Below, in pieces: positions 13,301 through 26,500 of a DNA stretch of 64,000 nt (within the stretch, counting starts at the first letter, position 1; every line of letters begins with the position of its first letter). The DNA is taken from positions 25,854,001 through 25,918,000 of the forward strand of contig CM126211.1 of the NCBI GenBank assembly GCA_052327205.1, written 5' to 3'. Both the position numbers and the translations under genes were made by a program. Under the pieces are notes generated by a model, which saw only the letters and a program-made list of their open reading frames with translations, had not been told where the DNA came from and did not search any database. The stretch is from Somniosus microcephalus (Eukaryota).

Positions 13301-16300
13301 TCAAGTTTATTAAGCGTGGAGGATGGGAAGTCAACCAGGAGAGCATTGGAATAGTCGAGTCTTGGAGTGACAATATCATGAGGTTTTTGGCAGCAGATGG
13401 GCTGAGGCAGGGGCAGAGAAGGGCAATGTTACGGAGGTGGAAGTGGGTCTTTGTGATGGAGGATTTGAGGTGAGAAGCGCTGCTCGGAGTCAAACAGGAC
13501 GCTGAGGTTGCAAACAGTCTGGTTTATCACAATATGTTGGCCAGGGATGGAGATGGAATCGTGGAGAGGGAAAGAATTTTGTGGGGGGAGTGAAGACTAT
13601 CGCTTTGGTCGTCCCAATGTTTGGTTGCAAGAAATTGCAGCGCATTCAGGACTGGATGTTGGATAAGCAGGCCGACAGAGGCAGTGGAGAGGTCGAGAGA
13701 GGTAGAGCTGAGTGGAACCTGATATGTCTTCGGATGTCACTGTGGGGCAGCATGTAGATGAGGAATACAACAGGGGCAAAGATAGATCCTTGGAGACTCT
13801 CCGGACGTAACGATGCGGGATGGGAAGAGAAGCCATTGCAGGAGATTCTCTGGCTATGATTGATAGTTAAGAGTGGAACCATCCGAGGGCAGGCCCACTC
13901 AGCTGGACAACGGAGGAGAGGCATTGGAGAAGGATTGTGTGGTCAATAGTGTCAAAGGCTGCAGAAAGGTTGTGAAGGACGAAGGCGGATAGTGCACCAA
14001 GTTCACAGTGGATGTCATTTGTGACTTTGATTAGGGAAAATCAGTGCTGTGGCAGGGATGGAAATTTAATTGGAGAGGTTCAAACATGACTTTGCAGGAA
14101 AGGTGGGCATGCATTTGGGAAGAGACAACACAGTCAAGGACTTGAGTGGAAAGGAAGTTTGGAAATGGGGTGGTAGTTTGCAGGGGACAGAGGGGTCAAG
14201 GGAGAGTTTTGAGGAAGGAGCTAATGATGCCAGTTCTGAAAAGGGAGGGGCGAGAAAAGGGAACTGTTTAAAATGTCGGGTAGCATGGCAACCAGGGAGG
14301 GAAGGAAGTTGGGTGGTCAGCAATTTAGTGGGAATAGAGTTGAGAAAGAAGGATGTGGGCCTCATGGACAAAATGGGCACAAGGGGAGATAGGAGAAAAA
14401 CTAGAGGAAGATACGGGTTCAGTATATAAACTTGGGGAAAGTAGGGCTTGGCAGGCAAGGGGAAGGGGTTGATGCAGCAGAACCAGTGACGATCAAGTCC
14501 AGGAGCTCCTCGCACTTGTTGTAGGTGAGAATGGAGGGGCAGGGTAGATAGGTTTATGGAGATGATTGATAATGGAGAAAAGAAGCCAGAGATTATCTTT
14601 CATTCCAGGATGAGCCAAGAATAGTGAACAGTTGTGGCACAGGAGAGCAGAGCCTGGTAGTGCTTGATATGGTCCAGCCAGATCTGGTGATGAACGTTTA
14701 AACTAGTTGCCCACCAAATACATTTAAGTCTGCGCCCCTTGGGCTTAAGGGAACAAAGATGAGGGCTGCACTGGGGCAATGGCCAAAACTCAAGTTGGCA
14801 CATTGTCAAAAATTGGTAAAGAATTTACCAACAGATGAAAGATTCCCTCTTCATCTTTGTCATGTAGGTTTTCATTTATCAGACTCCACTTGTCCCACAC
14901 TACCAGTCGGAGACAGTTGCTATGCAGTGTGGAGTGCAGCTGGTAAGACCAGAGCTGTACTCTGGGCTGAAAATTGCACTCTGCCTTAGGCATATGAAGA
15001 GCTCTAATCTGCAGCCAATATGTTTTTTATTAGAAAAGTGCAAGTGGGAGCATCCATTTTCTCATAACATTGAAGACTCAATACTCGGTTTACAGAGTGC
15101 ACAGGAGATCACGCAGAGTATTTTTTCATCTAGAGTTGTACTCCGCATGGCGTCAAGCACAAACGATACAAGACTCCCTATAACAGGCTCTCATACTATT
15201 TAGCTTTAGTGCATTCCAGAGATAAGCATCCAACTCCAGAGATAAACATCCTACTCCAAGAGTTATGCTGCCACTGGTGTATGTGCAAAATTACTTTACT
15301 TCAGAGCAAAACTGTGGCATTAGCGATACAAAAATTTATAATCAAAACTAGAATTTATAAAAAGACACGCGCATACATATATATCACACACACACACTAA
15401 TTATATGTCTCCATTACAAGAGACTCACCAAATTTAGCTTTTGGCATAACGCAAAATCATTTTTATTCCAATAAAAATACCCCATGTATTGTATTATATT
15501 CAGATGCATATTAAAAACTAGAAAGAATTAAGCTTCTATTAAAATAAAGCAGTCTTTTTCTCTCCAACTTACCTGATCTAGGCAATTAAGCAGGTCACAA
15601 AGACAAGCCCACTGCAATCCAGGGGTAGGATAAAAAGAATGAAAACAGGCTGTAAAAGTGTTGTGGCATTCCTGAAGAACTGCTTCCAATAGAGTCCTGG
15701 GTTGTGAATGGTAGCCATGAGGATCATTGTCAAGCCTCAACATACAATGGTCAACTCCTTCTGATAAAATCTTTCTCAGGAGAGATCGAGTCTTTCCCAC
15801 ACATTCTGCCAGTTTGCTGGTTTCCTCCACCACTGCTTTAGCACCAACTGCAAGGCAAAATAACAACAGATCAACATATTCTAATAAACCTGCCATCGAA
15901 TCAGAATTGTGATGGTAGATGTTGCTGAACTGGAGAATGCTAAATGCACTTTTAAATGTACACAAACTTTTAAATCAATGATCAACTACTACTAGTTTGC
16001 ACTCAGTTTGGAAGCAGAATTTTTTTTTATTTTTTTAAAAACACTATAGCAAGCCTGATCAACCCATTACTAGAAATGTGTTGTAAATAAAACAAAGCAC
16101 CAGAGCCATAGCTTTGTACGAAGAACTGCCAGTACTAGCGCCTTCCACTTCACCACCCCACCCATTGTTCAGTAAACTGCTGAATGTAGGATCCACTTTG
16201 ACTGGGAGAAGGAAATAAAGGAGTCGCTGTACAAAATTGGGAGAAAATGAAAGAATTATTAAAAGAAATAAGTAAAACTGAAGAAAATAAATGTTTAAAA

Positions 16301-17554
16301 TTAAGGTTAAAATGCTCTTTAAAAAAAAATATAGCATAAACAGTAAAGGAGTGAAGGCCAGACTGTGACATTCCACCCATTCACTTTAAAAGGAAGAAAA
16401 TTATGGAGTGTCAGGTGCAGAAGCAAAATTTCCCAGCCAAAGTACTTAATCTTAATGGTATGTGTAATCTAAGAGAGAGCACCAATATTTTGAAGAGTAT
16501 ATACATCTACCAACATATGAATAAATGTTTTCTGTCATATTACCACTTTAACCAATCATTTCCTAGAACTATGTTAAAAGGGATCAATTAGATCCTAGAA
16601 CCGTGTCGTTGATATTTCTAATTGGGTGAGTCACATCGCCTATCCGAATCATTAAGCCATCTATGACTTTAAGCACAGCCAATTGCTACACACAAACACG
16701 ATCCTCAAATGGACTGAATGAAATGTACTCTTTGAATCAAATGCTGATCTAACATAAGGGCCTTACTGTACATCTGCTGTTCTGAGATCCACCAAAAGTA
16801 GTAAAAACTACATCCTGATCAATAATTTTTAATAACTCAATTGACAGTGCGTTCATTATTTGCTGGGCCTACAGTACCTGATATAGGGTATATCTCACAG
16901 ATGTAGACACGCAGTAGTCGCAGGCAACAAGTACCAACAAATTTTAGCCGTTCCAAGTCTAGCAGAGTGGCTGTATATTGAAAGCCTTTTAACCCCTGCA
17001 GCTCCTCCACTCCCAATACCAGGGTTGTCCAACTCCACTGTAGAATGCTCAGCAATGACTCAAAACACTCCTATATATAGGATTAATAGATTTAATAAAA
17101 AGGTAATGTATTTCAACTGTATTTTCACATGTACACCCATGAAGAACTAAGTTCACGTTTCCTTTAGAATGAATTTACAACACACTTAAGTAACACTATC
17201 TTACCAGCATTTTATTTTTCAACTGAATACTCAACTAAATATATAATGATGAAATTAATGTAACAGAACATGGGGAATTTTCCAACCAGCTTCCCTTCGA
17301 CTAACAATCTTATAAGAATTTTTTTCGGACTGAGATTATGTAGAAAAAACATTCATTGTTAATTCTCCTTCAAAATATGCCTCATCACAGTAAATATATG
17401 AGTTGTACTCCATTTTTTCCTCTCTAACTGGAGTAGCTCTTAAATATGCTTCTGCAAACATTAAAATACGTTCCCATTTAGTTTGAGATCTGGTAAGAGG
17501 GCGGGTGCCATGATTTCCAGCAACAAGTGGGGGAAAAGAAAATTATTGCAGAAA

Positions 17555-17585
<31 letters not shown>

Positions 17586-20500
17586 AGTGTGAAAGCTGCC
17601 CTATCATGTGCCATGCAAGGTAAAGGGGGTCCACCACTCGCATCTGCAGTTCACAATCCATACAAATTTGAGGGCAAGTAAAGCAATCATCTCGAGTGAC
17701 AGAAATCTAAACTCTCAGCCCAGAATTCAATGGACTCTAGATTTAGCTTGCTCAGGATCATAGAAAGTTCTCGATTCCTTTGACTTTTTTTCAATCCTAC
17801 AAAAATACTTGCTCATCTCCAGCTTCCATTTCAAACAGTGGGCCCACACCCAAAATGTTAATCCATCTTATCTTTTTACAGAGATTTATGGGCTTCCTGT
17901 GTATTTCCAGTATTTTATTACAGATTTAGAGCATTTGATTACCCCCTACCTGCCTATGTTCTCAGAGCTTAATTATGCTGTATTAAGATGAGCTATATTA
18001 GACAAAACAGACAAATGTCATGGAAAGGATCTGTGGCACAATGGGGGAAGGGAACGGCCCATGATGGCCAGAGTTTAGATAGCCAAATTCCGAAAGCAAT
18101 GTTATCCCAGTTTATTCCTGTCTAGATACTGGTCCCAATGATTATTTGCAGGCTGAATGAATGCAGAGTAATCTTGTATTTAAAGATGAACTCAATGAAT
18201 ACTTCCCCACCTCTAGGTTTGCACCATTTCAAATTACAAACAATGTTTATTCTATCAACCAAATAGTTCAGGAAGAATGTAATTTTGATTAGCTGTCTGT
18301 AAGGAACTGCTAGAACCACTCCAACAACAAAATTAGTTTGAAACTGTATTAGTTAGTCTGTAATCTGATGTCCATGTCAAAGGAATCTCTTATAGATAAG
18401 ATTCTTGAATACATTGGCCGGAATTTTATTCGGGAGGCGGGGGGAGGGATGGATTGAGGCCGGAGCATTGGGGGTTGGGCACAAGAGAAGAATGGATTCA
18501 GGCTGGAGCATCGGGGGGGGGGGGGGGGGGGGGAGAAGGGGAGGGTGAGGAACAGGGAGGGCCTGAGGATCATCGATAGGGGTGGGGTGCAGGGGGAGAA
18601 TCTTGGATCCCTATTGGGTTGGGGGGGGGGGGGGGGGGAGAGAGGGAGAATCTGAGGCCTCATGGGGGTGAAGGGGAAAAAAAAAATCAAAGGCCTTGCA
18701 GGGGGTTGGGGAAAATCTCAGATCACGGTGGATGGGTGAGGCAGGGACACTGGATCCAAGAGGTAAGGCACTTACCTCCTGGATACATCATTCCTTGCCT
18801 TACTTTAGCTGACGGGTTTCTCCGAGGCCTGCGAAACCCACCCGCCCACAGTTAAATTTTAAATGCTGGTTAAATCCGAGGCAGGCCAGCCTCATTATAT
18901 TTAAATGAACGATCCACCTCCTGGGAGCGGGTTGGCTGCCCGCTGCCCCCCACCGCCATCCTGCCTCTGTTAAAGCTGGAAGTGGGCAGATTGTGGTTGG
19001 GATTCAGTTTAACCTCCCACCCAACTCCACCCTACCTGTTTTTTGGGGTTAAAATTCCCCACCATTGATGTACTAAACTATGGTTCTAGATAGCAAACTG
19101 AAAATAACTTGTATTAAAATTCATTCACTCACCACTGAGACAGTCCTTGCAAAAGATCGTCTCAAAATATGCACTGGTTCACTGGGTTGTTGCTTTCCTT
19201 TTCCAGAGTTTCCATCATTTGATGGTAACCTGCAACCAAGACAATCAAATTCAACATAACTTAATTCTAGCAAACGAATCAGCCAAATTATAAATGTTAT
19301 AAAAATACAAGTTCAATGCCTAAATCAACAGATCATTTACAATGAAAAAAAATTGACCTTGCAATAACATACCTGTACAACAACTGCGGTATTTGGCCTG
19401 CATTCACATCTGTCCCATTGTTGGACTTCTTTGAGCTTTTAAACTGGAAAACAACCCTGAAACAGGAACATGTATATTTAAAAACACATTTATTAAAGTT
19501 ACTCAGGTTAATCTTTCAGCCTGGTGACCCAAATTCAAATTCAGCCTAAACTATGTAGGATGCACGTCTCTTCGCTCTGCTGAAGTGTTTCACTTGAACC
19601 TAATTTGGGTAGTTTCAACCCTATTGTCATTTGGGAATTGGCCCATAGCACTAACTCGCACCAAACAGCGAAGGTGGAAACAGTCACACTTCCATAGGGA
19701 TTGTTCGAAGCTTATAGTGTTGAAGCAGTGTTTGGTAGAGTTGAGGCTGTTTTACTCTGAATCTGGCCACGATGTACAGAACCTGGGAGAGTTTCAATGT
19801 GAAGATTGAATGTAAATTGCACTGACATGTCTCATTTGAGAAGCGAAAACATTTACCAACAAAGAAATAACTACAACATAGAAGTGGGGAAAAAATTCTT
19901 ACCCATCATCAGTGGTGATAGAGGCCTGGCCATGGGAGCCACAATCACTGCTGGGCCCTGAAACTCGAGCCCAAGCCACGTACCACCAACCAGCCTGCAA
20001 CAGCACAGGCTCATCAAACATCATTGCATATTTCTCTCTGAAAAATACAGAAGGTTGTGTGAACGGAACTCAGTATAAAATAAATTCTTTAATTTTGTAA
20101 TTAAACTAGTTGATCGCTATGGCAAAGCGCACAGGGAGTCAAGACAAGTATAGTTTACAGATTAAGCAGCGGGGGAGGGTATGGGATAAATGGATCATGG
20201 CGCAGAGATACAATTCAGTCCCCATTTTAAAGCCATACATTCTTTCTGTATTTTTTTTTATAATACTTTGAAAATATATTCACAGTTAAGAAGCAGAGCA
20301 TAGAGCAATTTGAGAAACAGAGAAATAGAATGGGATACAATGTAGAAATTTCTCTGTAGTACAGGTTGAGGAGCTGAGAAGCAAAATTGAGGTGCTTTAG
20401 TGTCATTAGTGGCAAGAAGCTGTAATTACAGTGTAACATGTTTACATAGGCAGCTTCAATTATAAAAGGTAGACACAAGTTTATAATGGAGAAAAAACTT

Positions 20501-23500
20501 GGGACAGGAAAGCGCATGTAGATTCAAAATTAATATATTTTTAAGATTTTTCAGCACAACATAAAACATTTGTATTCTAAAAATGATAGTTTGCTAAACA
20601 TATCACAAGTACACGACAGAGCTGGTAAATACCTAAAAGGGAAGATTTAGACAGAAATTAAGTTACCAACTTACCAAAAATATAAAGTAAGTGTACAAGC
20701 ATTTCATTTATGCACAACCAGATCAATAATATTGCTATATTGTTACTAAGCACTCTGGACACAATGCATTCTTAATAAATCACCACCAAATGTTGGCATT
20801 GACATTTTTATAGTACTCAACGTAAAACAATATCCGAGTGTTTTACAAAGGGAAGAGGTGGCTGTTATGTTTAGATTTTTTCTGTTCTAGATTTGTCAGC
20901 TTCTGAATTTGAGAGAACTCAGACAAGTCCTGACTCCCCGGGATTCGTAGAGTCTTTACTAGCCTGATCAAGATACACTAATAGGAACAATCATTCTGTT
21001 TATTTTTAGCTACCAAAATTATCCCATGCCTCATGTCGCACGTTGCTTCGTTAAGTGTTTGAGCATCACAACTTCAGATCTCATTTTAAGTTTAAATCAT
21101 TAATTTATTTTACAAAAGATGAATAACCTATCAATACAATACATATATATTTACAGTAGAAATCCTTCTCTGCTCAAAATGAAAAAAGTTGCAATCTAAC
21201 GCTAAGCTATTCTGTAAATAACACCTTTTTTATACAGTTCTTTTCTTATAATCTTTACCAATTATGGAAGCTAGCTAGTCTATCATGTCTTTGTGAAGAT
21301 TTCAATATGCTCGACGTGGCCTCCACTCAACTCTTCTAACCCATTTTATATCGCTCAAATGGGTGCCGAGGCTTATTTTCATGACTGTCAGCCCCATTGA
21401 AAAATACCAGTCATATCCATAACTGAAGCAATTATGAAGTCGGTGGATTGGCTCCTTTCGGAAATCAGTTACCATAGAAACAACCACAAACCTTGCAACA
21501 TCTAGTAATTCAGGTTAGGGCAAAGCAGGAGGCTTTTCAAACATTTTATGCATTATGACCAAATTTAACAGACAGCTACCAGATAAAACAGCTTCAACTT
21601 GTCAAAGTGGACAGTAAGCAAGAATCAAAGGAATCTGGGAAGGAGAAAAAATAAAGAAGACATGATCAAGGAATTGTTCTTAAATGGAGATTTCTGGTGC
21701 CGGGGCTGGGGGGGGGGGGGGGGGGGGGGCGGGGTGGGGGGGGAAGGGGAGAAGAGAGCGTGGTAAACTGGTTCTGAAAGAGAGCTTGAGAGAGGAGCGA
21801 TGCTGTGGCTGAAAAATTAACTTCCAATGGTGTCCTGGAAAGGGACATGCAGGAATCTGGAGTCAGAGGAACAATGAGTGCGAGTTGGCAAATGGCAGGA
21901 CAAAATTATTCAAAAAGGGTGAACCAAGGCAGTGGGGGAGTTGGTAACAAAAACAAGGAGCCCCTTGAGCTCAGTGAAGACAGGGCCGATGGGTGCTGCA
22001 GAGTTCTTTGAGAGGGCAATACAAAAATGCATTTGATAAAATCCACCCTCGAGGCAAAGGTAGCGAGAATATTACATGCAGTGTCCAATCCAGCACAAAT
22101 TTTAATCATTAGCCTCTGTTCACTGTGTACATCAATGATTTGGATATAGGACAAGAGGGAGCGGTGTCTAAATTTGCAGACTGTACTAAATAGGAGGCAT
22201 AGTAAATAATTCTGTGAAACCCAAATGAAGCTGGAAGGGGATATTGATAATAGAGAAACAACAAAAAAAGGTATATGAATTCAATGTCAATAAATAGGTG
22301 GTACATTTTGGTAAAAAAAATTAAATAATTATATGTTGAATGGTGGGGGTTGGGGGAGGGGAAAGCTGGATAATGTGGAAGAATTAGGAGGTTCTGGTTC
22401 GAAGATATTAAAAGCAGCACCTCAGGTAGATGAGGTCATAAGAATGCTGAAGGAATACTAGGTTTTAGGAACACCGGTATGGATTCACTAGGATGCTGCC
22501 CGCTATGATAAATAAATACAAAGAAAAAATTGGAGCAGTTCTTACTAGAACAGAGGAGATTAAAGGGATGATTTGGTATGAAGGACAGAGCAGATAGAAA
22601 CAGACAGTTTCCAGTAATTGAGGGGTCGAGGGACATAGATACAAGATTAAATGCAAGAGGTTTAGGAGACAGCAGAACGTTTTTCTTTTACACAGATTGA
22701 GGCAGTGGAATTCATGGTTGAAGCAGAGAACATGTCAATATTTAAAAGGAGCTTAGATAGGTAGTTGACAGGGGACTATCAACATATGGGAACATAACAT
22801 AAGAAATAGTAGCAGGAGTAGGCCATTTGGTCCTTCGAGCCTGCTCCGCCATTCCGTAAGATCATGGTTGATCTTCTACCTCACCTCCACTTTCCTGCAC
22901 TATCCCCATATCCTTTGATTCCCTTAATATTAAAAAAAACTATTGAGCTCAGTCTTGAATATACTCAACGACTGAGCTTCTACAGCCCTCTGGGGTAGAG
23001 AATTCCAAAGATTCACCACCGAGTGCAGAAATTTCTGCTCATCTCAGTCCTAAATGGCCGACCCCTTATTCTGAGACTGTGACCCCTGGTTCTAGACTCC
23101 CCAGCCAGGGGAAACATCCTCCCTCCATCTACCCTGTCAAGCCTTCTATGAATTTTGTATGTTTCAATGAGATCACCTCTCATTCTTCTAAACTCTAGAG
23201 AATATAGGCCTAGTCTACTCAATCTCTCCTCATAGGACAATCCCCACATCCCAGGAACCAGTCTGGTGAACCTTCGTTGCACTCCCTCTATGGCAAGTAT
23301 ATCCTTCCTTAGGTAAAGAGACCAAAACTGTACACAATACTCCAGGTGTATATAATTGCAGTAAGATGTCTTTACTCTTATACTCAAATCCTCTTGTAAT
23401 AAAGGCCAACATACCATTTGCTTTCCTAATTGCTTGCTGTACCTGCATATTAACTCAGTGATTCGTGTACAAGGACACTCAGGTCCCTCTGAACACCAGC

Positions 23501-26500
23501 ATTTCCCAATCTCTCATTTAAAAAATACTCTGCTTTTCTATTTTTCTTACCAAAGTGGATAACTTCACATTTCTCCACATTATATTCCATTTGCCATGTT
23601 CTTGCCCACTCACTTAGCCTGTTTATATCCCCTTGAAGCCTCCTTGCATCCTCCTCACAGCTTACATTCCCCCCCAGCTTTGCACTATCAGCAAACTTGG
23701 ATATATTGGCCCAGTAATTTGGGTCCCAACGCGTGAGTAAGCATCGTGTACTCACGCGTGGGCCCGATGGAAGTGCCGGTTTTCAGCATGCACAGCGCAT
23801 GCGCGGAAAACCGGCATTTCCTTTCCTCTGAACCAAGGGGTTCAGAGGTGGAACGCGTGCGCGCAGGAGTCTGCGTGCGCGCGCTGAAATTCTTTTTTTT
23901 TTTTTATATACAGGGTTGCCCGTGCGATAAGGCCTCCAGTTTTTACGCGAGAAAAAAGCAGATGTAAGTACTTAGTTTTAAAAGGTAAGTGATCTATTAA
24001 TTAAAGTTAGAATTTTTTTCCCACAGGTTTATTTTCAAAAATTTGAATAATTGTTTAAATTAGTTTTTTACACTTATTAATAGTTCATTTTATTAGTGTG
24101 ATGTTTTTTTAACTTTTATTTGAAGTTTAAGTACTGTTTTGGGCGCCCGGAGTTTTCATGAGTTTGACAGTTCTTACTATCAAACTCACGAATGAACTTT
24201 TGCAACCTCCGATTGGTTGCCCAGTGCTCACGTGATCCCAGCCAGCTCATCGCACTAACTACGCCGCTAGATCACGCAAGCACAGCGCGCCGGGAGCTGA
24301 ACCAGGCCACTGATAGGAAATCCACGCAGGGCCAAGCTTCAACTGTCGGCGCGCTATGTAAGTGTAGGTCGGGGGCTTGCACCCGCGGGAAGCCCCCCCG
24401 ACACCAATTTCTGGGCCATTGCCTTTGGTCCCCTCATCCAAATCACTGATGTAGATTGTGAATAGCTGTGGCCCAAGTACTGATCCTTGCGGTACCCCAC
24501 TAGTTACAGCCTGCCAACCCAAAAGTGACCAGTTTATTCCTACTCTGTGTTTTCTGTCCGTTAACCAATCCTCAATCCATGCTAGTATATTACCCCCAAT
24601 CCCATGAACCCTAATTTTGTTTAAGAACATAAGATGTAGGAGCAGGAGGTGGTCATATGGCCCCTCGAGCCTGCTCCGCCATTCAATAAGATCATGGCTG
24701 ATCTGATCTTGGCCTCAACTCCACTTCCCTGCCCACTCCCCATAACCTTTGACTCCCTTATCGTTCAAATATCTGTCTATCTCCACCTTAAATATATTCA
24801 ATGACCCAGCCTCCACAGCTCTCTGGGGAAGAGAATTTCAAAGATTCACGACCCTCAGAAGAAATTCCTCATTTCAGTTTTAAATGGGTGCCCCCTTATT
24901 CTGAAATTATGCCCCCTAGTTCTAGATTCCCGACGTCAACCCGCCTCCAATCACTCTTCCCAAGTGTCGGGTCCCCAATTTGCGCATGGACCAGACACCT
25001 AGCAGCGGGAAGAGGATTATAGCCACTTAACTGCCTGTTAACAGGTACTTGATAGTTGTTAACAGGCTCTTTTTCAATTTTGCAGCTTCTGCCTCGGGTT
25101 TCCCGACATCCGGACGCCACGCCAGGTAAGTGTGGCGTGTTGCGAGTCTGCTGTAATGTTTCTGCACTGATGAGAGCTACAGAAGTGGTGTGAAGGATCC
25201 AATGGTACATTGGTGAGTTTCAGAGGTAAGAAAATGTTGGGAAAATCATTTTTAATGCATTTACACTTTTCTGTAGGTAACTAGTTTTGAATCTGATGTC
25301 TAGTCCCATCTCATTGGGAGAACCTCTCTCACCAGTGACAGATCACTTCTGTAACCTCACCTGCAGCTGCCATCTGTTCTAGCCTAAGGAGGGAATCACT
25401 GGAGAGCCTGGGTGCAAGAGCTCAGTTTTGTACGGTGATTGTCAGTGTTTGCAGCACCTCAATGCTGTCAAACACTGAGATATAAGCTGTCAAAAAAAGT
25501 GCGCGCGGTCCCTTTAAGAAAACCGGCAGATGTCGCGTCATCAAATTACTTCATCTGACCGGCTTCCTCTCAATTGGCCGGCAAGCCCGCAGGTCAATCG
25601 ACATAAAATCACGTCCGTGGGCCGGATGCAGTTGGGGGCGGGACTGGAACCTGGAAAACAGCTGACCCGCTCCCAAGCCGCATCCAATGACAAAATCGCG
25701 GCCAAAGTATTTGTTCAATTTCTCTGCCATTTCCTTATTCCCCATTATAATTTCTCCTCTCTAAACCTGTAAGGGACCCACATTTACTTTTGCTAATCTT
25801 TTCCTTTTTACATACCGATAGAAGCTTTTACAGTCTGTTTTTAAGTCTCTCGCTAGTTAACTCTCATATTCTATTTTCCCTTTCATTATCAATTTCTTGG
25901 TCCTCCTTTGCTGAATTCTAAAATCCTCCCAATCCTCAGGCTTGCTACTCTTTTTGGCATTATAAGCCTCTTTCTTTGATCTAATATTATCGTTACCTTC
26001 TCTTGTTAGCCACGGTTGGCCCACTTTTCCTGTGTGGTTTTTTGTGCCTTAATGTATATTTATTGTAAATTATGTATTAATTCTTTAAATGCTAGCCATT
26101 ATCTACCGTCATACCTTTTAATGTAGTTTCCCAATCTACCGTAGCCAACTCGCCCCTCATACCTATATAGTTTGCTTTGTTTAGATTTAAGACCCTAGTT
26201 TCAGATTAAACTAAATTACTTTCAAACACAATATAAAATTCTATCATATTATGGTCACTCTTCCCTACAAGGTTATTAATTAACCCTTTCTCATTGCACA
26301 ATACTAGATCTAAAATAGCCTGTTCCCTAGTTGGTTCCTCAACATACTGATCTTGTCTACATTCCATGAATTCGTCCTCCGCACTATTACTGCAAATTTG
26401 GTTTGCCCAGTCTATATGTAGATTAAAGTCACCCATGATTACTGTATTACCCTTGTTACATGCACCTCTAATTTCCTGATTTATACTCTGCCCTACATTA

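Noticed and set aside
14066-14515. 149-aa and 119-aa ORFs
   Set aside because: Frameshifted L2 ORF2 remnant and its antisense frame.
18349-18690. Proline-rich proteins (also 17461-17661, 21666-21848)
   Set aside because: Poly-Pro comes from G homopolymer runs.
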